Assembly: GCA_034439575.1 (NCBI GenBank)
Contig: JAWXAQ010000033.1
Coordinates: 260,967-324,966, forward strand
Length of the DNA stretch: 64,000 nt
Direction of reading: 5' to 3'
DNA from: Leptospira sp.
GTDB lineage: Bacteria > Spirochaetota > Leptospiria > Leptospirales > Leptospiraceae
Under the pieces are notes generated by a model that searched no databases, had not been told where the DNA came from, and saw nothing but the letters and a program-made list of their open reading frames with translations. This document shows positions 44,490 through 54,650 of the stretch, one piece after another (within the stretch, counting starts at the first letter, position 1; each line of letters starts with the position of its first letter). A program made the position numbers and the translations under genes.

Positions 44490-46246
44490 AATAAGCCTGC
44501 TAATTTTAAAAATTCTTTCTCTGCGTTATTGATTTCATCCCCGAGGGAAGTCCAATTCGCTGAAATCTCTGATTCTTTTTTGATCGTAAATAGTGCTCGA
44601 AATGAGGAGTATACTTTTACTTTTGGTTCCGTGCCAGAAGGTCTGATCGTTAATTTCGCATTGCCTGAAAGTTCTAATTGGATTACGTTAGATTTTGGCA
44701 TACCTTTAAAAATACTTGTTTTTGCTTTGCCTTTAGCGGTAAGTGTTCCGTAGTCTAATACGGATTCAACGACACGATCTCCGATTTTCAAACCCAATAA
44801 ATCTTTGGTTCTTAAATTTTCTATTGATTGTTTGATTTTTGCCTGGCCCGTACTTCCTTCCAAAGTTAAGGAATACAAACTTTCACGGTAAAGTCCATAT
44901 TTTAAATAAATTTGATTTAAGTAAGCAAGAAGGTCTTTTTTTTCAGCGAGAATTTCTAAGAAGAGTAAAGCACTGGAAAGAGAATCTTTGTCCCTTACGA
45001 ATGAAACTGGAAGATAACCATAAGATTCTTCTCCACCAAACAAAAATTTATCGGTTTTTTTCTTGTCTAAGGCTTTCATTTCTTCGGCGATATATTTAAA
45101 ACCTGTTAAAACATTTTTAATTTTGATTTTGTTTTTCTTTGCAATGGATTCTTGGAGATCCGTCGTCACTATGGTTTTTATCAAATGGTATTTTGTTTTG
45201 GTTTTTTTAGCTGAAATTTTTTCACAAAGATAAGCGGCCATAATGGAGCCGATTTGATTGCCATTTAAGTACTCATACTCTCCATCAGATTTTCTAACGC
45301 CAACACCAAGTCTGTCTGCATCGGGATCTGTTGCGATAAAAATGGATGCTTTTTTTAACTTCGCATATTTTTCACAAAGTACAAGTGCTTCCTTCTCTTC
45401 TGGATTAGGATACTTAACAGTAGGAAATTCACCGTTCGGTTTTGCCTGTTCTGGCACAAGGAAAACGGATTTGTATCCAAAAGAATTTAATGTCTGTTTC
45501 ATAAACTCTCCACCCGTTCCATGTAAGGGAGAGTATACAATTTTCAGATTTTTTCTATCAGCAGGTTTTGCTTTGGAAGATAGATTTGCTTTTTTTAATT
45601 CTTTGAGATATGAGCTGAAACAATCTTTGCCAACAAGACTAACAAATTTTTTATATTCTTTGGATTTTGTATCTAAAAATTCAATTTCATTCCAATCTGT
45701 AATAGATTCAATATTGCTAATGATCTGTTTATCGTCTGGAGGTACCAATTGGCCTCCATCACTTAAGTATGCTTTGAATCCATTGTATTCGGGTGGGTTA
45801 TGCGAAGCTGTGATGACAATGCCACCATCCGCTTTATAATATCTGACTGCATAAGAAAGTAAAGGTGTAGGTGTAACAGTTGGAAATACTTTTACCTTTA
45901 AACCATGTTTGGCGGCAATGCCTGCGGAAACATTTGCAAATTCTTTTGACATTCTTCTTGAATCGTATGCAATGATAAGAGAGGCATTTTTATTTTTTTT
46001 GGCTAAGTGTCGGACAAAACCAAGGGCGGCGCGACCGACAGTATAGACATTCATTTGCCCAATGCCGTTTCCAATTTTGCCGCGAATGCCCCCAGTCCCA
46101 AATTCGAGAGGCACAGAATAGGCATCGGTCAAGGGGGAAGTGGTTCCATTTTTATAGGCATCGAGTGCAAGATTTGCTTCAGAAATAATTTCCAAAGAAA
46201 AAGGAGATTTCGTCCAGGATTGGATGTGGTCTTCTGGTTTCAACAT
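44486..46246 (-). CDS. pgm: Phosphoglucomutase/phosphomannomutase
   Basis: LEFGTGGIRG, ITASHNP, ATDPDADR, GGEESYG, RPSGTEPK. Confidence 0.93.
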
Positions 46247-46292
46247 AGCTTACTTACTATACTGTAGAAACTATGCTATTGGGAAATCAAAT

Positions 46293-47381
46293 TTGGAACC
46301 GAGAGAATTTTTCATTGAAGATCGGCTGGAGTCCTATCGCAATCATTGCCGGGTAAACTTGGGCGAGAGTGGTTTTCATGCTTTTAAAATGGGGGAAATT
46401 TTGCAATTGGCTGGAGTCACATGGGAGGAACTAAATGAGATCCCTCTTTATGATTCCCCAAACCAAGGCAGGCAAGATTTCAGAGAAGAAATAGCGAGCC
46501 TTTATCCTGGTGTAGATGCCGAAGAAGTATTGGTATGCACTGGCACAAGTGAAGCATTGTACTTGGCCTTTCAACTTCTTATTAAAAAAGATTCCCGAGT
46601 GGCACTTTTTATGCCTGCCTTCCAAGCGCTGTATGAGGTTCCCATGATGCTGGGTGCCAAAATCCTTCCCATTGAAATCGGCTCTTCACTACTTGCGAGT
46701 GATTGGGCAAAAATAGAAGCAGATTTGTTTGTGATCAATCACCCACACAATCCTACGGGAATGGAATTTGAAGAAAAAGAAATATTAGAGCTATTAAAAA
46801 TTCTAAAAGCAAAACACAAGCATGTGTTATTTGATGAGCATTACCGTTTTTTGGATAGAGATAAGGAAATTGGCTGGTCTGGAGTTTCACCTAAAAATCA
46901 ATTTTATGGCACAGGTTCCTTTACAAAATGTTTCGGGGTCACAGGTCTTAGAATTGGATGGCTTATCGCGGACAGAGAATTTATCAAAAGAGCTAGGTCA
47001 TATAAAGATTATTTGACTCACACCGTTTCTCCGATTTCGGAAAGGATTGCCCTTGGCCTCCTTCGCAATCGAAAACATTTTTTACCAAAAATTAAGCATG
47101 AGATAAACCAAAATATATTATATTTTGAATCTAAATTGTCAGAATTAAAAAGTATTGTTCATTACAATTCACCAAAAGGTGGACTTGTCGCCTGGCTAAA
47201 GTTATCTGAAGGAATCAGTTCTGAAACTTACGCTGATTTATTGATGGAAAAAACAGGAGTCTTTGTACTACCTGGAAAAAATTTTGAGAAAGAAGGTTTT
47301 TTGCGCATTGGCTTTGGAGAAAAACATGAATTATTTAAATGGGGCATAGATGAATGGGCCAATTATTCACAATTGATTTGA
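46293..47381 (+). CDS. PLP-dependent class I/II aminotransferase
   Basis: NLGESG, TGTSEAL, INHPHNPTG, DEHY, GSFTKCFG..GLRIGW; TTG 46293 avoids overlap with pgm. Confidence 0.88.
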   Translation: MEPREFFIEDRLESYRNHCRVNLGESGFHAFKMGEILQLAGVTWEELNEIPLYDSPNQGRQDFREEIASLYPGVDAEEVLVCTGTSEALYLAFQLLIKKDSRVALFMPAFQALYEVPMMLGAKILPIEIGSSLLASDWAKIEADLFVINHPHNPTGMEFEEKEILELLKILKAKHKHVLFDEHYRFLDRDKEIGWSGVSPKNQFYGTGSFTKCFGVTGLRIGWLIADREFIKRARSYKDYLTHTVSPISERIALGLLRNRKHFLPKIKHEINQNILYFESKLSELKSIVHYNSPKGGLVAWLKLSEGISSETYADLLMEKTGVFVLPGKNFEKEGFLRIGFGEKHELFKWGIDEWANYSQLI

Positions 47382-48145
47382 TTCAAACTAGTTTTTCTAT
47401 GTTTCCTGGCATTGGACCAAATCTAGAAGAATCCATTTGGGCTATGGGAATTACGAATTGGGATAGAATGATTTCTTTTGATCCGACAGAAGAACATCTG
47501 TGGTACAAAACTGCCCTACCTGCGCCAGAATTGTTAAGAGAACATGCACTTCAATGGAAGGAAGAATTGAAAAATAAAAATTTTCAATTCTTTGTGAACC
47601 AACTTCCAAATCGTGATTTGTGGAAATTATGGCCCATTTTTCCGCAAAAATTTTGTTTTTTGGATATTGAAACGACCGGCATAGATGCACATTCTGTAAT
47701 GACAGTTGTTAGTCTTTATATAGACAATCAGGTGTATACTTTTCAAAGAGGGAAAGACCTGGAATTTCTTTTAGATACGATCAAAGAAGATCATTTACTT
47801 GTTTCGTATAACGGCAAACGTTTTGATGTTCCGTTTATGGAAAGAGAGTTCCATCAAAAAATTCCTAACGTCCATCTTGATCTTATGAATGTCCTGCATG
47901 AAATGGGAATCAAAGGCGGTTTAAAAAAATCAGAAGTGATACTTGGTTTAAAAAGGGGTGATGACATCGCTCAAATTGATGGAAGACTTGCTCCCTATCT
48001 TTGGAAGGACTACCAAGAAAATCAAAATGAAAAATCTCTGGAATTGTTGATCGCATATAACAGAGAAGATACGATAAATTTACATTTAATCTTAGATGAA
48101 GTCTATCGTCGAAAGTTAGAAAGTTTTAATAATAAATATCAATAA
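47354..48145 (+). CDS. RNase H-like (YprB-type DEDD) exonuclease domain protein
   Basis: PGIGP (HhH-like), FLDIETTG, VSYNGKRFDVPF, HLDL, GGLK..E..LG..R, YNRED. Confidence 0.85.
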   Translation: MGQLFTIDLIQTSFSMFPGIGPNLEESIWAMGITNWDRMISFDPTEEHLWYKTALPAPELLREHALQWKEELKNKNFQFFVNQLPNRDLWKLWPIFPQKFCFLDIETTGIDAHSVMTVVSLYIDNQVYTFQRGKDLEFLLDTIKEDHLLVSYNGKRFDVPFMEREFHQKIPNVHLDLMNVLHEMGIKGGLKKSEVILGLKRGDDIAQIDGRLAPYLWKDYQENQNEKSLELLIAYNREDTINLHLILDEVYRRKLESFNNKYQ

Positions 48146-48372
48146 ACGGAATTTGATATAGATCATTATTTTTATAAAGCTTAGGGATTTTTTAAAAAAC
48201 CAGGAGCTCCTTTGTTTTCGAAATAAATCGTCTCTAAAGGAGCCCCGTAGTTTAGGAGCTAATTGATAAGGCTAATTTTATGTCGGACGCCTTTTGTCTT
48301 TCCTAAGAAAAGATTCAATATAACGGTACATCGGCGAAATGGATGCGGAAATTAAATGACAAAGAAAAATCC

Positions 48373-48804
48373 TTAATGGGGCCCGTACATGTACTCACGT
48401 AAGATATGCATTTCCGCCTGTGTGCGGTTGAGTTTTGTTTTGACTGCATCCCCAATCGAAATGAGTCCAATTATTTTTTCCCCATCAAGTACTGGCATAT
48501 GGCGAAATCTTTTAGAAATCATTGTATTTAAAATATCATCAATTTCATCGTTTGGTCCAGCCACTATGAGTTGCGTTGACATCACTTCTTTAACTTTCAT
48601 TGTCGGTATCTTTTCATAACTTGTTGCGACAATACGCATCAAATCTCGTTCAGTAAATATCCCCGCAAGTTTTCCTTCAAAAGTAACAATCACAGATCCA
48701 ACTTTGGCATCCGCCATCATTTTCACGGCTTCGAGCACAGTGTGGTTCTCTTCGATAGAGAAGACGGAAGATTGTTTGTCTTTGAGGATTTCTTTTACAG
48801 ACAT
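48373..48804 (-). CDS. CBS domain pair protein
   Basis: LAGIFTERD, VKEVM, RFRHMPV, GLISIGD. Confidence 0.92.
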   Translation of the reverse strand: MSVKEILKDKQSSVFSIEENHTVLEAVKMMADAKVGSVIVTFEGKLAGIFTERDLMRIVATSYEKIPTMKVKEVMSTQLIVAGPNDEIDDILNTMISKRFRHMPVLDGEKIIGLISIGDAVKTKLNRTQAEMHILREYMYGPH

Positions 48805-48935
48805 GGCTTGTTCTGGTTTCTAACATTTTGAATCTCGGTGCAAGAATATTTTTCATTCTGATTTCAAATACTGAACCATAATCCCAATTGTTCTGATTTC
48901 CTTTTGGCGCAGATAACTGAAGATTTCTCCCCGGC

Positions 48936-48963
48936 TTGACAAAGGAGATGCCAAAAATAAGAT
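48936..48963 (+). promoter_or_regulatory. Candidate sigma70 promoter of the desaturase gene
   Basis: TTGACA, 16-nt spacer, TAAGAT, ~55 nt upstream of ATG 49019. Confidence 0.45.
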
Positions 48964-49018
48964 TCCTTTATAAATATTTAGCAGTGTTCAATATAAACTG
49001 CATTTTAGGAAATTCATT

Positions 49019-50113
49019 ATGCCCCAAACTTTAGAGCGAAAAAAAATATTCACTAATTTAGATACGATTCGTTCAGAACAACCCACAACCTTAGATGGTC
49101 CAAGAAAATCCATCCGACCTGAATTGTTTAAACCCAATTCCAAAAAAGCAATGTATGTTTTGGGCATTGGCATTCTATTTCAAATTTTCAGTTATTCAGT
49201 GTTAAGTGTCGGGTTGTTCTATGACCAAATGGCAGTGATAGTCCTTGGATGGTTACTTACTGGAATGTCTGTGACCTCACTTTTTGTGATTGGGCATGAT
49301 TGTGCTCATGGCTCTTTTCTTAAAAATCAAAAGTTAAATCATATCATTGGCCATATCAGTTTGCTATTTTCATTTTATCCATACTTTGGTTGGAAACACA
49401 CGCATAATGCCCATCATGCGCATACTAATGATTTAAGTTCCAATACCAAAGACGTTTATTTTGATAATGCTTGGATTCCGTTTACTGTCCACGAGTATCT
49501 AGCTTTGAAAAAAGTTTATCCTGTGCGTGCATTTTTATATAAAATGACACGTTTTTTCCCACCAATTGGATCCCTTTTACATAATATCGTTTTTCATGCC
49601 TTTCCTTCCAAATTGATCAAAAGTCATAGAAAGGATTTATACATTTCTTATTTTATTTTGGGAGCAGGGCTTAGTATACTTTCTCTTGGTCTTTGGTATG
49701 TGTTTGGGACTGTATTTGCTATTCTTCACTTTCTCATTATTCCCGCTTTGTTCTTTCAATTTTGGATGAGTTATTATACTTTTTTACACCATACGTCCAA
49801 CGAGATTCAGTTTTATAAACCTAAAGATTGGAATCCATATCTCGGCCAAATAGTATCAACTTACAATAGTTTAAGTCCAAAGTGGTTGTCTTTTTTACAT
49901 TTTCATATAGACATTCACACACCACACCACCTATCCACCGCTATCCCTTGCTATCATTTGAAAGAAGCTTATGAAGATTTAAAGAAATCTAAGTTTAGTA
50001 TCGATTTAAAAGAAGGTAAGATGAGTTTTACATATTTGTGGAATCAACTTATGCAATGCCATGTCTATGATGCGGAAGCGAATGTTTACCGCAGGTTCAG
50101 GGAAGTAGAGTAG
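49019..50113 (+). CDS. Membrane fatty acid desaturase (delta12/DesA-like)
   Basis: Three His boxes: GHDCAH, HTHNAHH, HTPHH; IPCYHL. Confidence 0.92.
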   Translation: MPQTLERKKIFTNLDTIRSEQPTTLDGPRKSIRPELFKPNSKKAMYVLGIGILFQIFSYSVLSVGLFYDQMAVIVLGWLLTGMSVTSLFVIGHDCAHGSFLKNQKLNHIIGHISLLFSFYPYFGWKHTHNAHHAHTNDLSSNTKDVYFDNAWIPFTVHEYLALKKVYPVRAFLYKMTRFFPPIGSLLHNIVFHAFPSKLIKSHRKDLYISYFILGAGLSILSLGLWYVFGTVFAILHFLIIPALFFQFWMSYYTFLHHTSNEIQFYKPKDWNPYLGQIVSTYNSLSPKWLSFLHFHIDIHTPHHLSTAIPCYHLKEAYEDLKKSKFSIDLKEGKMSFTYLWNQLMQCHVYDAEANVYRRFREVE

Positions 50114-50124
50114 GAAAAGATTTA

Positions 50125-50197
<73 letters not shown>

Positions 50198-50218
50198 GTT
50201 TAAAACGGCTACCTACTT

Positions 50219-50292
<74 letters not shown>

Positions 50293-50370
50293 TGGATACA
50301 GACAGTATTTTTCAGGTAGGGGGTACGGGCAAACCTTTTTCCATTTAATTTTTCCAAGACCGCGTAGAAT

Positions 50371-51543
50371 TTATTCTGCGGTTGCCAATGTTAAAATCAA
50401 GTCATCTAGCATAAGTAAGGCGGATTCGTTCCATTGAAATGTATGACCATCCCATAAACAAAGACTTTTTCCTTTTAGTACTTCGATTTGGCGAAGAATC
50501 GCTGTTTGATCCTGATTGTTTAAATATTTTTGGAAAAAACTGATCGGTGCAAAGGGAAGGAAAAGGCGAAACAAAGAGAGGATGAGTTCTTCTTTGGGAC
50601 TAGCTAATTCTTGTTTGGCAGCATTTGGCCTTTTTAAGTAAGAACTTGCGTTTCTGGCATTGCCATAACGATACTCATCTAAAAATCCATGGGCGCCAGG
50701 CCCGATTCCGATATAAGGCTCATACATCCAATACCTTAGGTTGTGACGAGAAAATTGCTCTGGCTTGGCATAATTGGATACTTCATACCAAATGTATCCA
50801 TGGCTTTCCATTTTTTGGGGTAAAAATTCTAGAATCTCTCTTTGGATTTCTTCATTGGGGGGAGGCAATAGGTTTTCAGTCACCTTGCGCGAGTAAGCTG
50901 TTCCTTTTTCCAAGGTTAAAGAATAAAGACTCAAATGTTCCAAATTCAAACTTAGAAAAAAATCCAAATCTGCTTCAAAATCAGTTTTTGTCAAATTGGG
51001 AATCCCATACATCAGATCTATGCCTAAACGCGGAATGGGAGAATTTTTAAATAATTCTGATAGGGAATTGTATTTAGCGGAATCTATGTGGCGTCCTAAA
51101 AATGCCAATCCCTTCTCATTTCTTGTTTGCACACCAACATTCAAACGATTGATGCCAGCAGAAGCAAGGTCATCCAATAATTCGGCGCTTAGGTCTTCTG
51201 GATTTGCTTCTAATGAAATTTCAACTCTTGGCGAGACCTTCACTTCATCTCTAAAAAAAGATAACAACTCTTTCCAGTTCTGTGAGGAAGCTTTGCTTGG
51301 TGTGCCCCCACCAAAAAAAATGGTATCTACTTCCAAGTTTGAAATCGATGGTGAATTTTTTTTTCTTTCCAAAAATTCTTTGCGAAATGTTTCGAATAAC
51401 AAGCCTTCGTTTGTAGAAGGATCTTTGCCTATCCCTTCCGAATAAAAATCGCAATAATCACATTTTTGATAACAGTATGGGTAATGAACATAGATTCCAA
51501 TTTTGCCATTTCTTGCTTGCAATACAGGTTTTTGAAGATCCAT
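50371..51543 (-). CDS. hemW: Radical SAM heme chaperone HemW (HemN-like)
   Basis: YVHYPYCYQKCDYCDF (CxxxCxxC), FGGGTPS, EANP, YEVSNY, HNLRYW; ATG 51543 avoids overlap with the divergent gene. Confidence 0.9.
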   Translation of the reverse strand: MDLQKPVLQARNGKIGIYVHYPYCYQKCDYCDFYSEGIGKDPSTNEGLLFETFRKEFLERKKNSPSISNLEVDTIFFGGGTPSKASSQNWKELLSFFRDEVKVSPRVEISLEANPEDLSAELLDDLASAGINRLNVGVQTRNEKGLAFLGRHIDSAKYNSLSELFKNSPIPRLGIDLMYGIPNLTKTDFEADLDFFLSLNLEHLSLYSLTLEKGTAYSRKVTENLLPPPNEEIQREILEFLPQKMESHGYIWYEVSNYAKPEQFSRHNLRYWMYEPYIGIGPGAHGFLDEYRYGNARNASSYLKRPNAAKQELASPKEELILSLFRLFLPFAPISFFQKYLNNQDQTAILRQIEVLKGKSLCLWDGHTFQWNESALLMLDDLILTLATAE

Positions 51544-51553
51544 TTGATGTGAG

Positions 51554-52033
51554 ATGCGAGGGCTCATTTATTTTGTTATTTTTTTTTGGGGCTTTGCGCT
51601 TGTGGCCCAAGATCTTATATTAAAAGACATTCAAATCCCTTGGCAAGGATTAACACTGCGTTTTCCCGAAGATGTTGTGATCAAAAATCAAGATCTCACT
51701 CATGAAAAAATTCTCCAGGTATTTCCCGCAAGGCGAGAACCATTTATGATTGTGCTCCGAAAATTACCGATTCAGAATTTAAACTTCGCAAAGAAGCGCT
51801 GGGAAGAAGAAATTTTTTGGCGGGCAAAGAACCAAGAGAGCACAGAGTTAGAACGCGGTGGCACTCTGTTTAAAATCTACAAATGTGATCAGGTGCGAAA
51901 TCAAAATTTACTGCGCGGGAATCTTTGGTTATGGTCTAAAAAAGAGAATCATTACTGGGTATGGATTTTATTCCGCAAAGATCGGGCAGATTTACTCGAT
52001 TTTTTTGAAAATGCTCAGTTTCTAATTGAGTGA
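51554..52033 (+). CDS. Hypothetical exported protein
   Basis: 159-aa ORF with signal peptide MRGLIYFVIFFWGFALVA-Q. Confidence 0.6.
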   Translation: MRGLIYFVIFFWGFALVAQDLILKDIQIPWQGLTLRFPEDVVIKNQDLTHEKILQVFPARREPFMIVLRKLPIQNLNFAKKRWEEEIFWRAKNQESTELERGGTLFKIYKCDQVRNQNLLRGNLWLWSKKENHYWVWILFRKDRADLLDFFENAQFLIE

Positions 52034-52095
52034 GGGAAGGATTCATTGTTTTCTGCTTGTCTCTGCCTTTTTCTCTAAAACATTGGAAAGGGTAA

Positions 52096-52169
52096 GGGCC
52101 TATAGCTCAGTTGGTTAGAGCAGCAGACTCATAATCTGCGGGTCGAAGGTTCGAGACCTTCTGGGCCCA
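52096..52169 (+). tRNA. tRNA with CAT anticodon, probably tRNA-Ile2 (lysidine)
   Basis: GGGCCTA/TGGGCCC acceptor with C4:G69 and C5:G68, D-arm identical to tRNA-Ile(GAT), GCAGA-CTCATAA-TCTGC. Confidence 0.9.
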
Positions 52170-52196
52170 TTATATATTTTTTTTAGTGAGGGACAT

Positions 52197-52772
52197 ATGG
52201 AATTTTTCGAAGTAAAAATCTCAGACATTAGCCTCACAAATGTGGGTTTTGCGGTTTTTCTGAAACCCAAAGACAGTGAGGATAGTCGGGTTGTTCCGAT
52301 TTTTATTGGCCCACTAGAAACCCATTCAATCACTACAGTCATTGATGGCACAAAGCCACCAAGACCTATGACTCACGATTTGATGCTCTATATGCTGACA
52401 GCAATGGGAGCCTCCGTTTTAAAAATCACCATAGAAGAAATCATCGATAGTACATTCTATGCCAAGATCCAACTTAGACGAGATGAAGAAATTTATACTT
52501 TGGACGCAAGGCCTTCGGATTCGATTGCCTTGGCTTTACGTGCCAATGCTCCTATTTTTATCGCAAAATCCGTATTAGAGGAAGCTGGCATCATTATGAA
52601 AGATGATGAGATCCAAAGTGAAAGCATCACTCCAGAGAAAAAAATCCAAGCTTTGCCAAAATCAAATTTGCAAATACTGGAAGAAACTTTGGAAAATGCT
52701 CTAAAAACGGAAGATTACGAAACTGCAGCCAAAATCAGAGATCAAATCAAAAAACTCATTGGCAATAGCTAA
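52197..52772 (+). CDS. Bifunctional nuclease (DUF151) family protein with C-terminal UVR motif
   Basis: VPIFIG..E, PPRPMTHDL, TFYAKI, DARPSDSIALALR; ALKTEDYETAAKIRDQI. Confidence 0.92.
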   Translation: MEFFEVKISDISLTNVGFAVFLKPKDSEDSRVVPIFIGPLETHSITTVIDGTKPPRPMTHDLMLYMLTAMGASVLKITIEEIIDSTFYAKIQLRRDEEIYTLDARPSDSIALALRANAPIFIAKSVLEEAGIIMKDDEIQSESITPEKKIQALPKSNLQILEETLENALKTEDYETAAKIRDQIKKLIGNS

Positions 52773-52931
52773 GAAATCATTAAATCTTCGTTACGTTTTC
52801 AAACGACTGTTTTAATTATGTCCCTTCACCATAGGTCTCAATAATTATTTTTTAATTGTCAGGTCGGATTAGTTTGTTTAATTTTGGGATACCAAACACA
52901 GGGGCCGATTGGTCCCGATAAGGAATGTTGC

Positions 52932-53303
52932 ATGGAAAAATTGGTAATGGATGTAGTAAACGCAGGTATCGCTCTTTTTCGTTCTGGAGAAGAGAAACTT
53001 AAAACTGCAGTTGTAGATTTAGAAAAAGTTTACAATGAATTAAAAAGTAAAGGTGAATTGGACAAGTCTCCTGAGTCACAAAAAATCAGAGACCTACTGA
53101 GCAAAACTATCACTGATGCACAAGATGCGATTGGAAAAACAAACGCAAGTTACAGTGAAATCGTTGCTAAATTACAAGCTAATTATCAATCAATTTACGC
53201 TCAACTTGATACTGCCTTACCTCCACAATTAAAAGAAAAGGCAAAGCAAGCGTTAGATGAACTTAAAGCTTTGATTGACAAAGTAAAAAGCAAACAAGGT
53301 TAA
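52932..53303 (+). CDS. Small amphipathic helical protein, phasin-like (tentative)
   Basis: DVVNAGIAL....EEKL...V..L......L..KGE pattern resembling PhaF/PhaI-type phasin N-termini; AAGGA SD. Confidence 0.55.
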   Translation: MEKLVMDVVNAGIALFRSGEEKLKTAVVDLEKVYNELKSKGELDKSPESQKIRDLLSKTITDAQDAIGKTNASYSEIVAKLQANYQSIYAQLDTALPPQLKEKAKQALDELKALIDKVKSKQG

Positions 53304-53326
53304 TTCCACTTTTTACTGAATATTTT

Positions 53327-53356
53327 AAAAGTCACAGAGTGATCTGTGACTTTTTT
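53327..53356 (+). terminator. Rho-independent terminator
   Basis: AAAAGTCACAGA-GTGA-TCTGTGACTTTTTT. Confidence 0.88.
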
Positions 53357-53363
53357 ATTTTAA

Positions 53364-54647
53364 ATGCAAAATTCAAAAAATCGCACCAAACTCATATTAT
53401 TTCTAATCGTATTTACAGACATGATGGGCTTTTCGCTCTTGTTTCCTTTATTTCCCAAAACGATAACACATTTTTTGGGTAAAGGTGATGATTATGTATT
53501 TTCTACGTTTTATACTTGGTCACTCATGCTCGGCGAAGGAGGAGACACTAAATATACCTTAGTATTGTTTGGTGGAATCCTCGGATCTATATATTCTTTT
53601 TTGCAATTTTTATCTGCCCCCGTCTGGGGCAAGTTATCTGATCGTCTGGGAAGAAGATTTGTTTTGCTTTTTACGACTTTGGGATCAGTGATAGGTTATA
53701 CATTGTGGTTATTTTCTGGCCAATTTTGGATGTTTGTATTGTCTCGTCTCATAACGGGAGTTATGGGTGGAAATATCAGTGTGGCTTCTGCCGCAATGGC
53801 AGATCATACAGATGAAAAAACTAGAGCAGGTGGAATGGGCATGATTGGAGCCGGAATCGGTCTCGGTTTTGTAATGGGTCCACTACTTGGTGGGATAACC
53901 TCCACTTGGACTTTTTTTGAAACGTATTTGAATCCTGAACATTTTGTGATTTTTCCCGCCTCGGCATCCTTTGCCATTCTTGTCGCTTTGGTTAATCTTA
54001 TCTTGATATTTCTCTTTTTGCCTGAATCAAAAGTTCATTTGAATGAGGCTAAAATGATTCATCCCATACTAAATCTAAAAAATATCAAATCTAGAGTCTT
54101 GATCAGACTTTGTCTTTTGAATTTATTATTTTTACTTAGCTTTTCAGGATTTGAATTTGTAATCAATTTCTATCTTTCGGAAGAATTTTCATTCACACCA
54201 AAAAATATTGGACTTACCTTCTTATATATAGGTTCGATCATCATACTTGTGCAAGGTGGTATTGTCAGAAGATTATCAGGAAAAATAAGCGAAAGATCTA
54301 TGGCTCTATACGGTGCTTATAGTGTGGCTATTGGATTTATGGTCTTACTATTCGGTAGAGATATATTTGCGGTCTTTATTTCACTATTTTTTTTGGCATT
54401 TGGGAGTGCACTTGTGAATCCAGGGCTTTCTTCATTTGCCTCATTGGAAAGTGAAGAGAAAGACCAAGGAATGACTCTGGGATTATTTAGAAGTTTTGGT
54501 TCTTTGGCAAGGGCTATCTCGCCAATCGTATTTTCCATACTCTATTTTCAAAAAGGACCACAGTTTACATTTATCTTGTCCTTGTTGGTACTATTTGTAT
54601 TTTTAATCCTTCTTCACCAAACTAAGTCTAAGTTTAAAACACTTTGA
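53364..54647 (+). CDS. MFS transporter (DHA1/TetA-like family)
   Basis: DMMGFSLLFP, WGKLSDRLGRR (motif A), SRLITG, GLGFVMGPLLGG (motif C); ~12 TMs. Confidence 0.9.
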   Translation: MQNSKNRTKLILFLIVFTDMMGFSLLFPLFPKTITHFLGKGDDYVFSTFYTWSLMLGEGGDTKYTLVLFGGILGSIYSFLQFLSAPVWGKLSDRLGRRFVLLFTTLGSVIGYTLWLFSGQFWMFVLSRLITGVMGGNISVASAAMADHTDEKTRAGGMGMIGAGIGLGFVMGPLLGGITSTWTFFETYLNPEHFVIFPASASFAILVALVNLILIFLFLPESKVHLNEAKMIHPILNLKNIKSRVLIRLCLLNLLFLLSFSGFEFVINFYLSEEFSFTPKNIGLTFLYIGSIIILVQGGIVRRLSGKISERSMALYGAYSVAIGFMVLLFGRDIFAVFISLFFLAFGSALVNPGLSSFASLESEEKDQGMTLGLFRSFGSLARAISPIVFSILYFQKGPQFTFILSLLVLFVFLILLHQTKSKFKTL

Positions 54648-54650
54648 ATC

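Noticed and set aside
53364-54647. MFS protein as a tetracycline-resistance gene
   Set aside because: Only family-level motifs; no adjacent tetR or mobile context, so substrate cannot be assigned
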